Source: Antedon mediterranea (taxonomy: Eukaryota; Animalia; Echinodermata). From it: a stretch of 64,000 bases of DNA. The notes under the pieces are model-generated. The model saw only the letters and a list, made by a program, of their open reading frames with translations, did not search any database and was not told the origin of the DNA. Below are positions 13,401-26,728 of this stretch, in pieces. The position numbers and the translations under genes are program-made. Location: NCBI RefSeq assembly GCF_964355755.1, contig NC_092680.1, positions 9,548,001 through 9,612,000 of the forward strand, read 5' to 3'. Numbering within the stretch: the first letter of the stretch is position 1; each line of letters begins with the position of its first letter.

Positions 13401-14762
13401 AGTAGCTAGAGTAGTTCAAATTTTTAAATCTGGCAATAAAAGTGACGTCAGTAATTATAGGCCGATATCTATTCTGCCTACCGCTTCAAAAATTCTTGAA
13501 AAAATTGTTCAAATTAGAGTAAATAATTATATCACAAAGTTTAACATCCTTAATAATGCACAATATGGTTTCAGAAAAAACAGTTCTACTTTTATGGCCG
13601 TTATAGATCTGGTTGAACGAATAACCGATGCGCTTGATAAGAAAAAAAAATACCATCGGAATATTTATTGATTTGTCAAAAGCGTTTGACACCATCAACC
13701 ATGATATACTTCTTAAAAAATTGGAACACTATGGCATAAGAGGCACGGCCCTTAAATGGTTTAGAAACTATATTAGTGGAAGGAAACAATTTACGTCTAT
13801 TGATAACACAAGTTCGTGTTTGATGGATATAAATTGCGGTGTACCACAGGGTTCAATTCTGGGGCCTCTACTTTTTATTTTGTACATTAACGATGTATTT
13901 AATTGCTCAAACTCGTTATCTTTTGTTTTATTTGCTGACGACACAAACATATCTGCATCTCACGAAAACTTGGATACGCTCATAGAACTAGTTAATGGTG
14001 AACTAAAAAATGTTTCGGATTGGTTCATGTGCAATAAACTATCAATCAACGTTAAAAAAAACTAATTACATCATTTTCCGCAATCAGCGAAATCCAAGTA
14101 ATTTAGAGAATGTAAATATTTATGTCAACAATAAAAGAATAGATAGAGTTAAATCGACTAAATTCCTTGGAGTACATATTGATGAATTTCTCACATATAA
14201 GAACCACATCAATGTTACAGCTAGGAAAATATCTCGATATGTAGGCATACTATATAAAGTAAGAAATTTTTTACCAACCTATGCTCTCTGGACAATATAC
14301 AAATCACTCATTGAACCAGTATTAAATTATTGCAACATAATATGGTGTAGCACATTTCCAAGTTATTTAGATGAGTTATTTAAACTCCAGAAAAGGGCAT
14401 TACGAGCTATAACATGGTCAAAGTTTAATGATTCAATGACTGAATGTTTCTATAAATTTAAACTTCTTAAAATTGCGGATATCAATAAGTACCAAATTGG
14501 GCTTTTCATGTATAATGTTACTACTAATCAGGACGTGCGTTTTTCATCGCTCTTTATTAAAAATGGTTCTTACCATAATTATAATACAAGATCTAAAGAC
14601 AAAATGAGACTCAGAAAACGTAATCGTACTTCTACTAGTTTTACTGTGTCATGTGTGGGACCCAAATTGTGGAATGACTTGAATTACGAACTACAAAGTA
14701 CCAAATCAATATATATATTTAAATCATTGTTTAAAGAACATTTATTATCATTTTACAAATAA
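10437..14762 (+). pseudogene. CR1 ORF2 (AP endonuclease plus reverse transcriptase), frameshifted and hAT-interrupted
   Basis: HMNARSL, FSETW, YRPP, LGDFN, LDNI, TDHLPI; [37 protein letters not shown]. Confidence 0.92.
12070..13392 (-). mobile_element. Non-autonomous hAT (hAT5-type) DNA transposon with transposase C-terminal remnant
   Basis: 15-bp TIR CAGGGGCGCAGCCAG and 5-bp TSD AGTAT (12065-12069 / 13393-13397). Minus strand ~12790-13300 encodes FPNVCALL..PVTSA.AERSFSTL..LSGLCLMNIH (hAT dimerisation domain) with stops. Confidence 0.9.
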
Positions 14763-14973
14763 TTTTAAAAATTATACTTGTTGCAGGATTTAGCTTTTTT
14801 ATTATTTATGTTTTAGTTTTTTAGGCTAGTTAGGGACATAGGGGGACACAACTAATCAAGCTCTTTTGAGTTTTTATGTGTTTCCTTTTCATCTTTTTTA
14901 TGTTCTCATATATTGTTGTTGTATATTTTCATGATAGAGGATGAATAAAGAATATTTGAATTTGAATTTGAAT

Positions 14974-15939
14974 AATGATGGAAATATGTTAGCTTTGGAA
15001 GTAAAGGTTGATGATCTAAAATTTACGCTAATCTCAATTTATGGGCCCAACAACGACACCCCCTGCTTTTACGACAAAATGAGGGAAGTTGTTTTAGAAT
15101 ATGAAAACACACATACTATCGTTTTTGGCGACTGGAACTGTATTTTGGACAAAAAATTAGACTGTAAAAATTATCTAAAACTTAATAACCCAAAGGCAAG
15201 AGAAAAGATAATAAATATTTGTAGTGTATTTAATCTTACAGATGTTTGGCGTGTTTACAACCAAGATGAACAAAAGTTTACTTGGAGACAGAATAAATTC
15301 AATAAACAAGCCAGGCTTGATTATTTCCTAATCTCATCTGAACTAAACAGCATAATGCTGGAATGTAATATAAAACCAGGTTACCGAACCGATCACTCAC
15401 TCGTAGATATTAAAATGACGATGAACCAGATAAAACACGGACCAGGATATTGGAAATTTGACAATATCTTATTAAAAGATATTCAATACGTGGAACAAGT
15501 TAAAGAAACCATAAATAGAGTCCTGAAACAATATATAGTGCAAAACGAAAAAGATAATAAAGATGCTAATAAAGCGCTGTTTAGCATCAGTGATCAACTT
15601 CTTTTATAAATGATATTAATGGAAATTAGAGCAAAAACTATTTCTTACGGGGCTTATAAGAAAAATAAAAAAATAAAAAAGAAAAAGAATTAGAAAGGGA
15701 AATAGAAAAAATAACACTTGATATCAATAAGGGCGACTCCACGTTAAATGGTACACTAGAACTTAAGTCTGGCGAACTGATGGGTATCAGAAAAGATAAG
15801 ATGGAAAGAATAATGATGAAAACTAAACTTAAATGGATCGAAGAAGGCGAAAGGCCCACCAAATTTTTTCTTAACATGGAAAAGAAAAATTTTGTTGATA
15901 AAACTATAAATAAAATAGTAAAGGAAAGCAACAATAGTA
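14974..15939 (+). mobile_element. Tx1/L1 LINE ORF2, piece 2 (endonuclease and linker)
   Basis: IYGPN, GDWN, DVWR, FTW, ARLDYFL, TDHS, GYWKF, WIEEGERPTKFFLNME. Confidence 0.9.
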
Positions 15940-17434
15940 ATGGAAATTAGGTAATGGCTTTATATCTGAAACTGAATCATATAAATATCTCGGTGTACAT
16001 ATTTCTCGTAAATTAAATGACCATATACAAATTGAGAATGTTATAAAAAAAGGTCAAAGATTAATAGCGTACGTTAAATCAATTATCAGTAGCTTTGATA
16101 ACTTTAACAGAGTATATTATGGGGATACTCTGTGGAGATCGATAGTTCTCCCATCTATCAACTATGGTTCTTCAGTATGGTGCTCTTTAAGTAGAATAGA
16201 TATAGATAAACTAGAGCGTCTCCAGCTCCAAATGGCACGTTATATCTTAAAAGCACCTCGAAATACACCTTGTGCCGCCTTATATGGAGAGCTTGGTTGG
16301 TCTCCAATTAACGAGATTCATAACGCTCTTCGTATGAAATACTTCCATAGAATTATAAAGATGGAAAACTATCGATGGCCAAAAATTATGTTTATTGGAA
16401 TGCTACAACTTAATTGTGAATTTAAAGACTTAAGGTATAAGTTTCTATCTTGTATAAACGATATTCTCTTGAAGTGTAATTGTGAATCCAAAAATATTTT
16501 CACCACTCTCTCAAATTATAAAGAAGTCTACTTTCCAATTTCTGAAATCTTAAGAAAACTTAACTATATAATGATAGATGAATGGAGAATTGAATTACAA
16601 AATAAATCAAGTCTCCACATCTATGAAACATTAAAATCAAAACCTGGACTTGAAAATTACTTAATTGATAAAACTAATTTTGAAGGTGCTGCATTAAAAT
16701 TTAAAGCTCGTTCAAATACTCTACCTTTGAATGATAGAACTGCAAATTGGAATATTGATAATAATACAAAATGTAAATTGTGCGGTACAAATTCGGACGA
16801 AGACATCCATCATTTCATCATTAATTGTCCAGCTTTAAATAATATACGTAATCAGGAATTATTTAATTTATATGTGGATATGTATAGAAATGGCAGCAAA
16901 GATATGTTTGATACTTTTTATACTTCTCCTGAAAATGACAAACTTAAATATATTTTGGGATACTCAGATAATTTAATTGATGAAGAGTGTGAAAATATTT
17001 TGGATAGTTTTTGTAAAAGATACCTAAAACAAGCATGGCAATTTCGAAATGATTCACTGAATTCCATGACTCAATAACTATGTTATCTATATTGCTACAT
17101 TAAGTAAATTGAAAAAAAAGTGGGGGGGGGGGGGAGGAGTTGGGGGTTTTTCGTAATAAGCTGTGTTTATCAGCTGATTTTATTTTATTTTATTTTATTT
17201 TATACACTTTTCTATATCTTGTTATGTATTCATTGTGTAAAGTAATGATCTACTGTAGGCCTATGTATCGATGTAAATTGGGGGGGGGGGGGGGTAGGAT
17301 AGGGGTTGATAGTTGCTTTTGCCTTTTTTTACTTTTCTGTTAATTGTTATATTTTATATTGTGAAGGATGCACCTTTGTGCTAAGTGTGCCACCGATCTA
17401 AAGGTGTAATTCCAAATAAATAAATAAATAAATA
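15940..17434 (+). mobile_element. 5'-truncated non-LTR retrotransposon (RTEX-like; clade tentative) with (TAAA)n tail
   Basis: YKYLGV, LERLQ..MARYIL, ALYGELGW and a C-terminal CKLC..EDIHHFIINC. 7-bp TSD AATAGTA (15933-15939 / 17435-17441). Confidence 0.8.
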
Positions 17435-17611
17435 AATAGTATTCTGCAAAACACAAATAAAATTCTTGAGGAGTCTAGACACTTTTATAAAAACCTTTAT
17501 TCCTCAAACCACAATACAGATGACGAAACAAAGGTTGTAAAACTTCTTAAAACTATGAATACATTACCAACATAAACAAAAGAACAACAAAATAAAATTG
17601 AAGGGCCAATT
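17435..17611 (+). mobile_element. Tx1/L1 LINE ORF2, piece 3
   Basis: ILEESRHFYKNLY...KIEGPI continues into piece 4 (TYNELL..KSPGIDG) across the GCCAATT TSD. Confidence 0.85.
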
Positions 17612-20600
17612 CACCCGATTCTGCTACTGTCCACAGGTGCTATCTGTAAAACTATAGCAAGTTATACGCGTTGCTGTCTGCTATAAATGCTGTACTTTTA
17701 ACACACGGTACACTGTCTGTAGCACAGTGTGTGTTGACAATTTACAATGATGTACAACCATAGGCAGGTTTTTGTACTGCCATGCAAGAATGGATAGGTG
17801 TTTTCCGCCGCTTTTAGGCCTTCTAGTCAATTATTGTATTATTATACGAATTACGTAATTAGTCTAGTAGCTCATCTACCTTTTTAGCAGGGCATAATGA
17901 ATATTGAATATAATGAATATTGTAGCTAGGCTAGGCCTACTAGCCTAGCGGGAAATCAACCAATTATTTGGTTGGATACGAGTTTAGGGTAGGAAGTTAA
18001 GTACGAGTTGGCATGGGTACGAGTCGACCAGGGGTGAATCAACCAGAGTACACCCGGCCACCCTACTAGAGCATAGGCTACAGGCCTGCAGGAATGGGAA
18101 ATCTGTCATAGCTATAGGCATAGGCCTACATTGGGACGCCCAAAAAAGCCATCCTATGAGCATAAAAAGGCCTCGTAGAGCCAGACATGTTAACATATAC
18201 TACACAGTACTAGTACGTCTACCATTTATTATAGTTCCATGGTACTACGGATCACTACTATATCTAGGTCTAGTAGGCTAGGGTAGGTTTCCACTAATTT
18301 CGGTCGCGTTTTTTCAGGAGGGCATGTGAGAGGTGAGGTAGGTTAGCCCAGCTAGGCTAAACTAACATGTAAGTAGTATTCTACCATGGGATGGGAACGA
18401 GTCGGCATGGGGGTTGATCTTTATCCGTATTCTAAGGTGCTGGTCAACCCGTAACGTACCCATGTCAACTCGTACCAAACTTGGCTAACTCGTACCCAAT
18501 TAATTGGTCAACTCGTACCAATAGCTTTATAGCTTTATTGATAGCTGGGTTCAAATCTAGGTTGGGACGGTTTTTTCTCATTCTAAAACAGATTTCCTTA
18601 TAATAATAAAATAATATCGACCTATGAATTTAACTGTAATATTGTATTGTATACATAATATTAGTAGTAATAGTAATTCCCATTGCATTTATTATTATAA
18701 TATATTTTACGGTTACCCCTTAATTATACTAGTATAACTTCCTTGTTATATTTTACAATATTTTCTTCATAATTCAACAATTTTTTTTCACAGCTAATTA
18801 TCAAACTGAATCATCACACACCAAATCTCATGAAATCTCTAGTGTATTTCTCCAAGCTAATCCAGCTACATGGTATTGCCTTGAGGCTAAACTACACTGT
18901 ATACTGGGCACTACCATCATTCCTGGCCCGTCAACCTGGACCACATTATGGTCCAACACAGTCGTGGACTACTGATTCCAAATAGTGAATTACATCCTGT
19001 GGTCAAGGATTTATTTGCACCGTTATGCTTATTTCCTCCAACATACAGAGTACGTAGGGCTTTTAATTTGCTTTTATACCTGTTAATTAAAAAATCGTTT
19101 ATTTCTATTGTTGCATAAAGATCAAATTTAGACTGTAAATACTGGGATGATCACCCTAAATTTTCTTTTTTATTTAACAATTTTATATTTCACAGCCAGA
19201 AAAAAGCATATAGAGTTTTTTTATTCTGTTGAATTGCATCCCAATACATGGTACCTATTGGTATTATATCTATAAATATAAAGTACTCTCTTATAAATAG
19301 ATGTATCTCTCCAAACTACTCCAACTACCTAATCTAATAATAGTCCTATTAGCATACTACTGTACACTTTGTAGACAAGAAATAAGTTGTATCCACCTAG
19401 AGGACTTATGGTAGTACTGTACAGTCGATCGTCCTCCCACTTGCCTGGTCAACATAATCTATGCCTAGATTATTACAGTAATTAAAAAGTACATTATTAC
19501 AGAGATTTTTTTTTTGTTGCAGAAATCAAAGTTATGTGTATAGAAAGCAGTACTCGTATTACAAACTAAGCAGATTGTACTGAACGCAAACTGGCAGGAT
19601 ATTTTGAATATTTTTTGTTCATTTTCCACGAACTGGCTGGAGACAAAGACATATTACGACCCTTTTATTTAAATATATTTGGATAGACCTCCATGTAAAT
19701 TCATTAAAGGCTATATGATTGTTTTATATTTTAATAATGTGATAGTAGAAAACCATTGTGCATAATGAGGACTATGAATCTAATATTTACTTGCATTCTC
19801 ATCTTTTTAACATTTTATTTATAATGCTGGTAATGAATTTACTATTGAAAAGGTCATGTTTCCACTTATCTCAAATGTTGGCACCCACCTCTAACCTTGG
19901 TAGAACTGACTGTGTTCTACATGAGTACATATAGTAGTGTTTCCACCAGACTACTTCAACCTGGTAATTGAATAAATTTCATTGGGGTAACATTTAAACT
20001 AATTATCACCTTTAACATAAAGTATCCTCCTGAAACATGTATTTGTACTGTACTTCATCTAATATCCATTACTTAATACTAATTTATGTGATTTATGTCT
20101 AACTTCAGGAATGATCTGAGGCTAGAAGAACGAATTTCTGTACACATATAAAAAATAAACCAATGTTTTCCTAATAATTTAACACCTAGGTTGATAACTA
20201 ACAAAGAAATTATTGAAATTATGTTCTCACAATATATAGGTGTACTGTATCTACATATGCATGCTGCTGTACTTGTTTTTAACCGCATAATGGCATTGAA
20301 AACAAGAATGTTTTATAATTATTATAGGTTATTTCCAAATATTAAAGGTCTGAAACAGAAACTAAATGTTACCAAACTATGTTTTTGAAAATCTCTATGA
20401 TATAATATAATAATATGAACATAATATTAAATTATATTGATAATCATCATGTCCTTATAAATTCATTTATATTTCTTTTGTGTAATATAGTTCATATATT
20501 ATGTATTCAATAAATTGGTAAGGCCCTATACTGTTTATATTTAAGGAAAGTTTATATACACTATTATTTTATGTCTACCAATATTAGTATTAATTGTTTA

Positions 20601-21063
20601 TGTAACTATTTTGTCTAATTGCATTGATTTTTTGTATAGGCCAATGGCATTAATGTTTTTCTCAAAGCAAATTAGCCTAATAATGCCATATTTAGACACA
20701 TAATTCATTGATTTCTGATATTCTGTACTTGTGTATGCATTACTAAAATAGTAGTTATTTTATTTCATTTATAATGTATGTATAAACATTTATTCAGTTT
20801 TTTTTTACCTTTTTAAGTTTAAAAAATATTAAAATACCTATCAACCTTTCTGTTATTGTTACTATTATAATATTTTTTGCAGAAGATTGATTTCAATAAA
20901 AAAATTTAAAACATTTAATTTGACTTATACTGTACTATGTTAGTTCAGGAGATGAAGTGTGTGTTGGTAGAATCTGGTGTGTTTGAGGTTGGTGATGTGA
21001 GGTGTATTTTTTGTGACTTTAAGACCTAAATTAGATGTTTTCTGAAGAAAAGAAGCGAAGAGG

Positions 21064-21241
21064 CTTCCCAATAAAATAGTATGTAATAGTGTATATTAAT
21101 AATAATTATTAATAAATTAATAGAAAACTAGAGAGGGCGCTTTTCGACAAGGAAATGAATGATTTTTTATGTGTTATTTTTCCGCTCGAGTTTATTCAAT
21201 ATAGTGTAATATACACTGTTACATACTATTTTATTGGGAAG
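21064..21241. mobile_element. 178-bp MITE-like inverted repeat in the foldback spacer
   Basis: 35-bp TIRs CTTCCCAATAAAATAGTATGTAAYAGTGTATATTA (21064-21098 / 21207-21241) with one mismatch. TA flank on the right side only. Confidence 0.7.
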
Positions 21242-22196
21242 TAATTATTTTTGTGTGAATCTTCTTGGAGTTATTTGAAAGCCTATCCACTTACTTCTTT
21301 TCTTCAGAAAACATCTAATTTAGGTCTTAAAGTGACAAAAATACACCTCACATCACCAACCTCCAACACACCAGATTCTACCAACACACACTTCATCTCC
21401 TGAACTAACATAGTACAGTATAAATCAAATTAATTGTTTAAAATTTTTTTATTTAAATCAATCTGCCTCAAAAAATATTATAATAGTAACAATAACAGAA
21501 AGGTAGATAGGTATTTTAATAATTTTTAAACTTAAAAATGTAAAAAAAAACTGAATAAAAGTTTATACATACATTATAAATGAAATAAAATAACTACTAT
21601 TTTAGTAATGCATACACAAGTACAGAATATCAGAAATCAATGAATTATGTTTCTAAATATGGCATTATTAGGCTAATTTGATTTGAGAAAACATTAATGC
21701 CATTGGCCTATACAAAAAATCAATGCAATTAGACAAAATAGTTACATAAACAATTAATACTAATATTGGTAGGCATAAAATAATAGTGTATATAAACATT
21801 CCTTAAATATAAACAGTATAGGGCCTTACCAATTTATTTAATACATAATATATGAACTATATTACACAAAAGAAATATAAATGAATTTATAAGGACATGA
21901 TGATTATCAAAAATAGTCAATATAATTTAATATATATATAATATATAATACAGTACACATATATTGTGAGAACACAATTTCAAAAATTTCTTTGTTAGTT
22001 ATCAACCTAGAGGTTAAATTTTTAGGAAAACATTGGTTTATTTTTTATATAAATTATATGTGCAGAAATTCGTTCTTCTAGCCTCAGATCATTCCTGAAG
22101 TTAGACATAAATCACCCAAATTAGTATTAAGTAATTAAATGAATAGTAGATGAAGTACAGTACAAATACATGTTTCAGGAGGATACTTTATGTTAA

Positions 22197-25116
22197 AATG
22201 GATATGAAAGGGTTCCTAGCAATATCATTTTATTGGCTCAACGTGTAGATCAATCAGTTTTAAGCTTGCCATAGTCATACTTAATGTTTTGGAGGACGAC
22301 AACGCCCTCAAAACGCCCCTGAGAAACCTGTGAAAAACTTTTTGTGACGTCACTAAAAGTTATTTTTGTATTACAGAGATAGGAATTTAGCAGTAAATCA
22401 TTGATTGATGCAAAAGCATGGTAGTAATTACTTATTGCTTTGATATTTTTATTATTGGATAAGTATGTTAGCCTAATCGAATAAAATTAATTCATATTAT
22501 CAACCAAGTTTTTTTTAAAACGGATTTTAATTTCGTTTTTCAAGGCCATCTTTTACGAAATTCATAGCCAAATGCCTATCTTGCTGGGTACACGGAGTTA
22601 TTTTGCGCATGCGTGAGAATCACAGAGTCGACCACCTTGGCCTCTCTCTCGACCCTCCTCGCGAGCGATGTTTATTTCGCTATTTATTATACACGTATTA
22701 TTGAAACATTCATTTTATTATTATTTCGTTGTAATTAACTGAAATTGATGGAAATTCGTCCACATCGTCTTGTTAACACGGCGGGTGTTAACATCGTTTT
22801 GAAGAAACGGTTGGACGAGTAAATGGTGTTTGACAATGCCATGGCCTGGAGCTAGCTAGGCCTAGGCCTTTTTAGTAGTGATGACTGCTGGATACGGTGT
22901 TTAGTCGCCCGGCCAGAGGTGAGCTGAGAGCGTATGCTCCTTGATGTATCGTTGAGGGTGTTAATGGTAGGCACAATTGTGTTACTGTATTATGTATATA
23001 CACATTATTTATAAGTACGTTTATTAATATTGTTGTGTGCTGTAGTGTCCTGACTAACGTATTATTAAAATATTTTTTTGTTATTACATGCCGCCCTACT
23101 AGCTAGTAGGCTAGGCAACACTGAATACTAAATACTGTATTATGATTCCCAATAAAATGAATAGAGTTGGATTTTCTCTAATGTAGTAATAAAGGTTATA
23201 ACAGGCCAGGCCTAGTTAGGGGTATTTCAGCTTGTATCATATACAGTACAATATACAGTACAGTATACAGTAAATAAACAATTCATTTGTATTTTTACCT
23301 ACCTACAGGTCTATAATTGGAGTGCAATTATGATAATTGATGGACGGGATAAGCAAATGTATTTATTGATTGGAATGGAAGCGCAAATGTTAGAGTAAAA
23401 TTATAATATTAAGGTAACAGATACTGAGCATTGCTATTTTAAACTGTTGATCAAACCTACATAATACATTATACTAAATTATTATTTTGTTTTGAGGGCA
23501 GATAAACATGTGCTTATTCATTTTCCTTTTTTCAGGTGAATAGAAAGATACCCAGAGTACTTTATAATAGATGCTACTTGGATCATGCTTGCACGATACA
23601 TTTATGCAGTATACTAAGACACCAAGTATAGAATGAGCGCAGACAATTAAAATTACAGAACTAAATATTTATGAAGAATAGTAAAATATGCATAATAGAA
23701 TTCTTTAGACGAGAGTGCTAGGGTTACAGTCATACTGTAACTATGGTAATGTACTACCAGACAGTACACTAGTAGCAGTGCATCATATAGTGTTTGTTTT
23801 TAACCATTAAATGGGTCTGGGTATATAAACAAATAAACCACTACTGTACTTCTTTTTTTATTTATTTAGCCAAATACTATGTACAATGGACATTTATGAA
23901 AGAATCCATCTCTTGAATATATGATGGAGCTGGCTGGTGTTGATAGAATTAAAATGTATCACTCAGGTCTCAAAAGTAATTTATGTCCTGTTTGAAAAAT
24001 CCTGCTTGTTCCAAACTCATTATGATACATTTGTTCAATAAAATTCATTCCACACACTATTTCTGCCATATAATTTGATGTTTACAATTTTATTACTACT
24101 AGTACTATTACAGTTCTTCAAAGCCATCTCATGTACTGTTGATTCCATAAATCTGCAAAGATAAGACCAATAAATGGATGAAAATGTACTATTATTTTTA
24201 TTCAATCCTACCTCTAGGCCCTATAGTATTATATTTTATGACTTGGTAACAAACAGAAAGAGGTTATTATTTAATTACACTACAGTTACTAACTAAACTA
24301 TAATAATCCTCTCGGCCTCACCTCCTCTGCTCTACTTTAATTATTATTAATTTTATATTACTATATTAGTCAATAACAAAAGTCAGAGCCAAAAACAAGT
24401 TCAACACAAGCTTACCTTTTTTATTTACGTCGCCTTTTACATACGTCTACGCCCGCGCCTTGTCCACTTCCTGGAGGTTCGTCGGTGGACCGGCGACTGC
24501 TACTCTCTTGTACTGTAGGCCATGGAGTAACTTCATGTGTAGGCCTAGCCTACTACTAGCGAATTTAGAAGAAACTATAGTCTACTAGACCTAGCCTAAT
24601 TTGTAGTCTGCGTGAGTGGTTTAGTGTGAGAAGTACAAATACACACTTTCTTCTTTTCACGTACAATCTTTGCAGACATAACTTTTTATTGATTTGTGAA
24701 ATATCGATATTTTCTACGACTGCAGCAACAGGGAGCTTGCAACACGCGAGTCTCGTGTAGCATGGGTTTGTTTATTTTGTTTACACCACACAGTCCGCGA
24801 ACGAGACAAGGCGGTGATTGGACTGTATTAAAATTCATTAACCAATCACAAAACGACTGCTGCCGTGGCTACAACCCCGGGTGTTTCAAACTCTAAATTT
24901 GACGATCTCGTACGTGCGTATAGAACGTTCATAAAAATTAAGATGGCGTGCCAGTTGGTCGGCCATTTTGCGGACGTTTTATACCAAAATTTAATTTGTT
25001 TATTTCTCAATTTCTACTAGGTATTTGAATCTAATTTTTTGTGTGCTGTTTATTAACATTAAAAGGATTCATACAAAGTCCTTTTTGTGAAATTTTAAAA
25101 TCCTTTCATATCCATT
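22197..25116. mobile_element. Non-autonomous Kolobok-type DNA transposon
   Basis: TTAA TSD (22193-22196 / 25117-25120) and 15-bp TIR AATGGATATGAAAGG. The left foldback arm holds the empty site near 20010. Confidence 0.88.
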
Positions 25117-26728
25117 TTAAAGGTGATAATTTTACCCCGATGAAATGTATTAAATTACCAGGTTGAAGTATGGTGGAAACACTACTATATGGCAAATTAA
25201 ATGTACTCATATAGAACACAGTCAGTTCTACCAAGGTTAGAGGTGTGCCACAATTTGAGATAAGTGGACACATGACTTTTTCAATAGTAAATTCATTACC
25301 AGCATTATAAATAAAAATTTTAAAAGATGAGAATGCAAGTAAATATCAGATTCATAGTCCTCATTATACACAGTGATTTTCTACTATCACATATTAAAAT
25401 ATAAAACAATCATATAGCCTTTAATGAATTTACATGGAGGTCTATCCAAATAAATTTAAATAAAAGGGTCGTAATATGTCTTCATCTCCAGTTCGTGGAA
25501 ATTGAAGTTAGGATTCCATCATTTCAACAACAAAAAATATTCAAAATTTTCCTGCCAGTTTGCGTTCAAGAGTACAACCTGCTTAGTTAATAATACGAGT
25601 ACTGCTTTCTATACACATAACTTTGATTTCTGAAAAAAAAAATCTCTGTAATAATGTACTTTAATTACTGTAATAATCTAGGCGTAGATTATGTTTACCA
25701 GACCAGTGAGAGGACGATCGACTGTACAGTACTAACATAAGTCCTCTAGGTGGACACAACTTATTTCTTGTCTACAAAGTGTACAGTAGTATGCTAATAG
25801 ATTATTAGATTAGGTAGTTGGAGTAGTTTGGAGAGATACATCTATTTATAAGAGAATACTTTATTATTATAGATATAATACCAATAGGTACCATGTATTG
25901 GGATGCAATTCAACAGTTATGAATAAAAAAAACCCTGTATGCTTTTTTCTGGCTGTGAAATATAAAATTGTTAAATGAAAAAAAAAATTTAGGGTGATCA
26001 TCCCAGTATTTACAGTCTGAAATTGATCTTTATGCAACAATAGGCATAAACGATTTTTTAATTAACAGGTATAAAAGCAAATCCTTGACCACAGGATGTA
26101 ATTCACTATTTGGAATCAGTAGTACACGACTGTGTTGGACCATAATGTGGTCCAGGTTGACGGGCCAGGAATGATGGTAGTGCCCAGTATACAGTGTAAT
26201 TTAGCCTCAAGGCAATACCATGTAGCTGGATTAGCTTGGAGAAATACACTAGAGATTTCATGAGATTTGGTGTGTGATAATTAGCTGTGAAAAAAAATTG
26301 TTGAATTATGAAGAAAATATTGTAAAATATAACAAGGAAGTTATACTATAGTATAATTAAGGGGTAACCGTAAAATATATTATAATAATAAATGCAATGG
26401 GAATTACTATTACTACTAATATTATGTATACAATACAATATTACAGTTAAATTCATAGGTCGATATTATTTTATTATTATAAGGAAATCTGTTTTAGAAT
26501 GAGAAAAAACCGTCCCAACCTAGATTTGAACCCAGCTATCAATAAAGCTATAAAGCTATTGGTACGAGTTGACCAATTATTTGGGTACGAGTTAGCCAAG
26601 TTTGGTACGAGTTGACATGGGTACGTCACGGGTTGACCAGCACCCTAGAATACGGATAAAGATCAACCCGTACCCCCATGCCGACTCGTTCCCATCCCAT
26701 GGTAGAATACTACTTACATGTTAGTTTA

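Larger units (their letters stand above)
9643..14973 (+). mobile_element. Near-full-length CR1-group LINE (ORF1 remnant plus APE-RT ORF2) with (TTGAAT)n tail
   Basis: AATG TSD at 9639-9642 and 14974-14977. AATAAA and microsatellite tail at 14944-14973. Interrupted by the hAT at 12070-13392. Confidence 0.92.

Noticed and set aside
14941-15609. ORF start MNKEYLNLNLN as a real N-terminus
   Set aside because: The first codons are the CR1 poly(A) signal and (TTGAAT)n tail fused to Tx1 piece 2.
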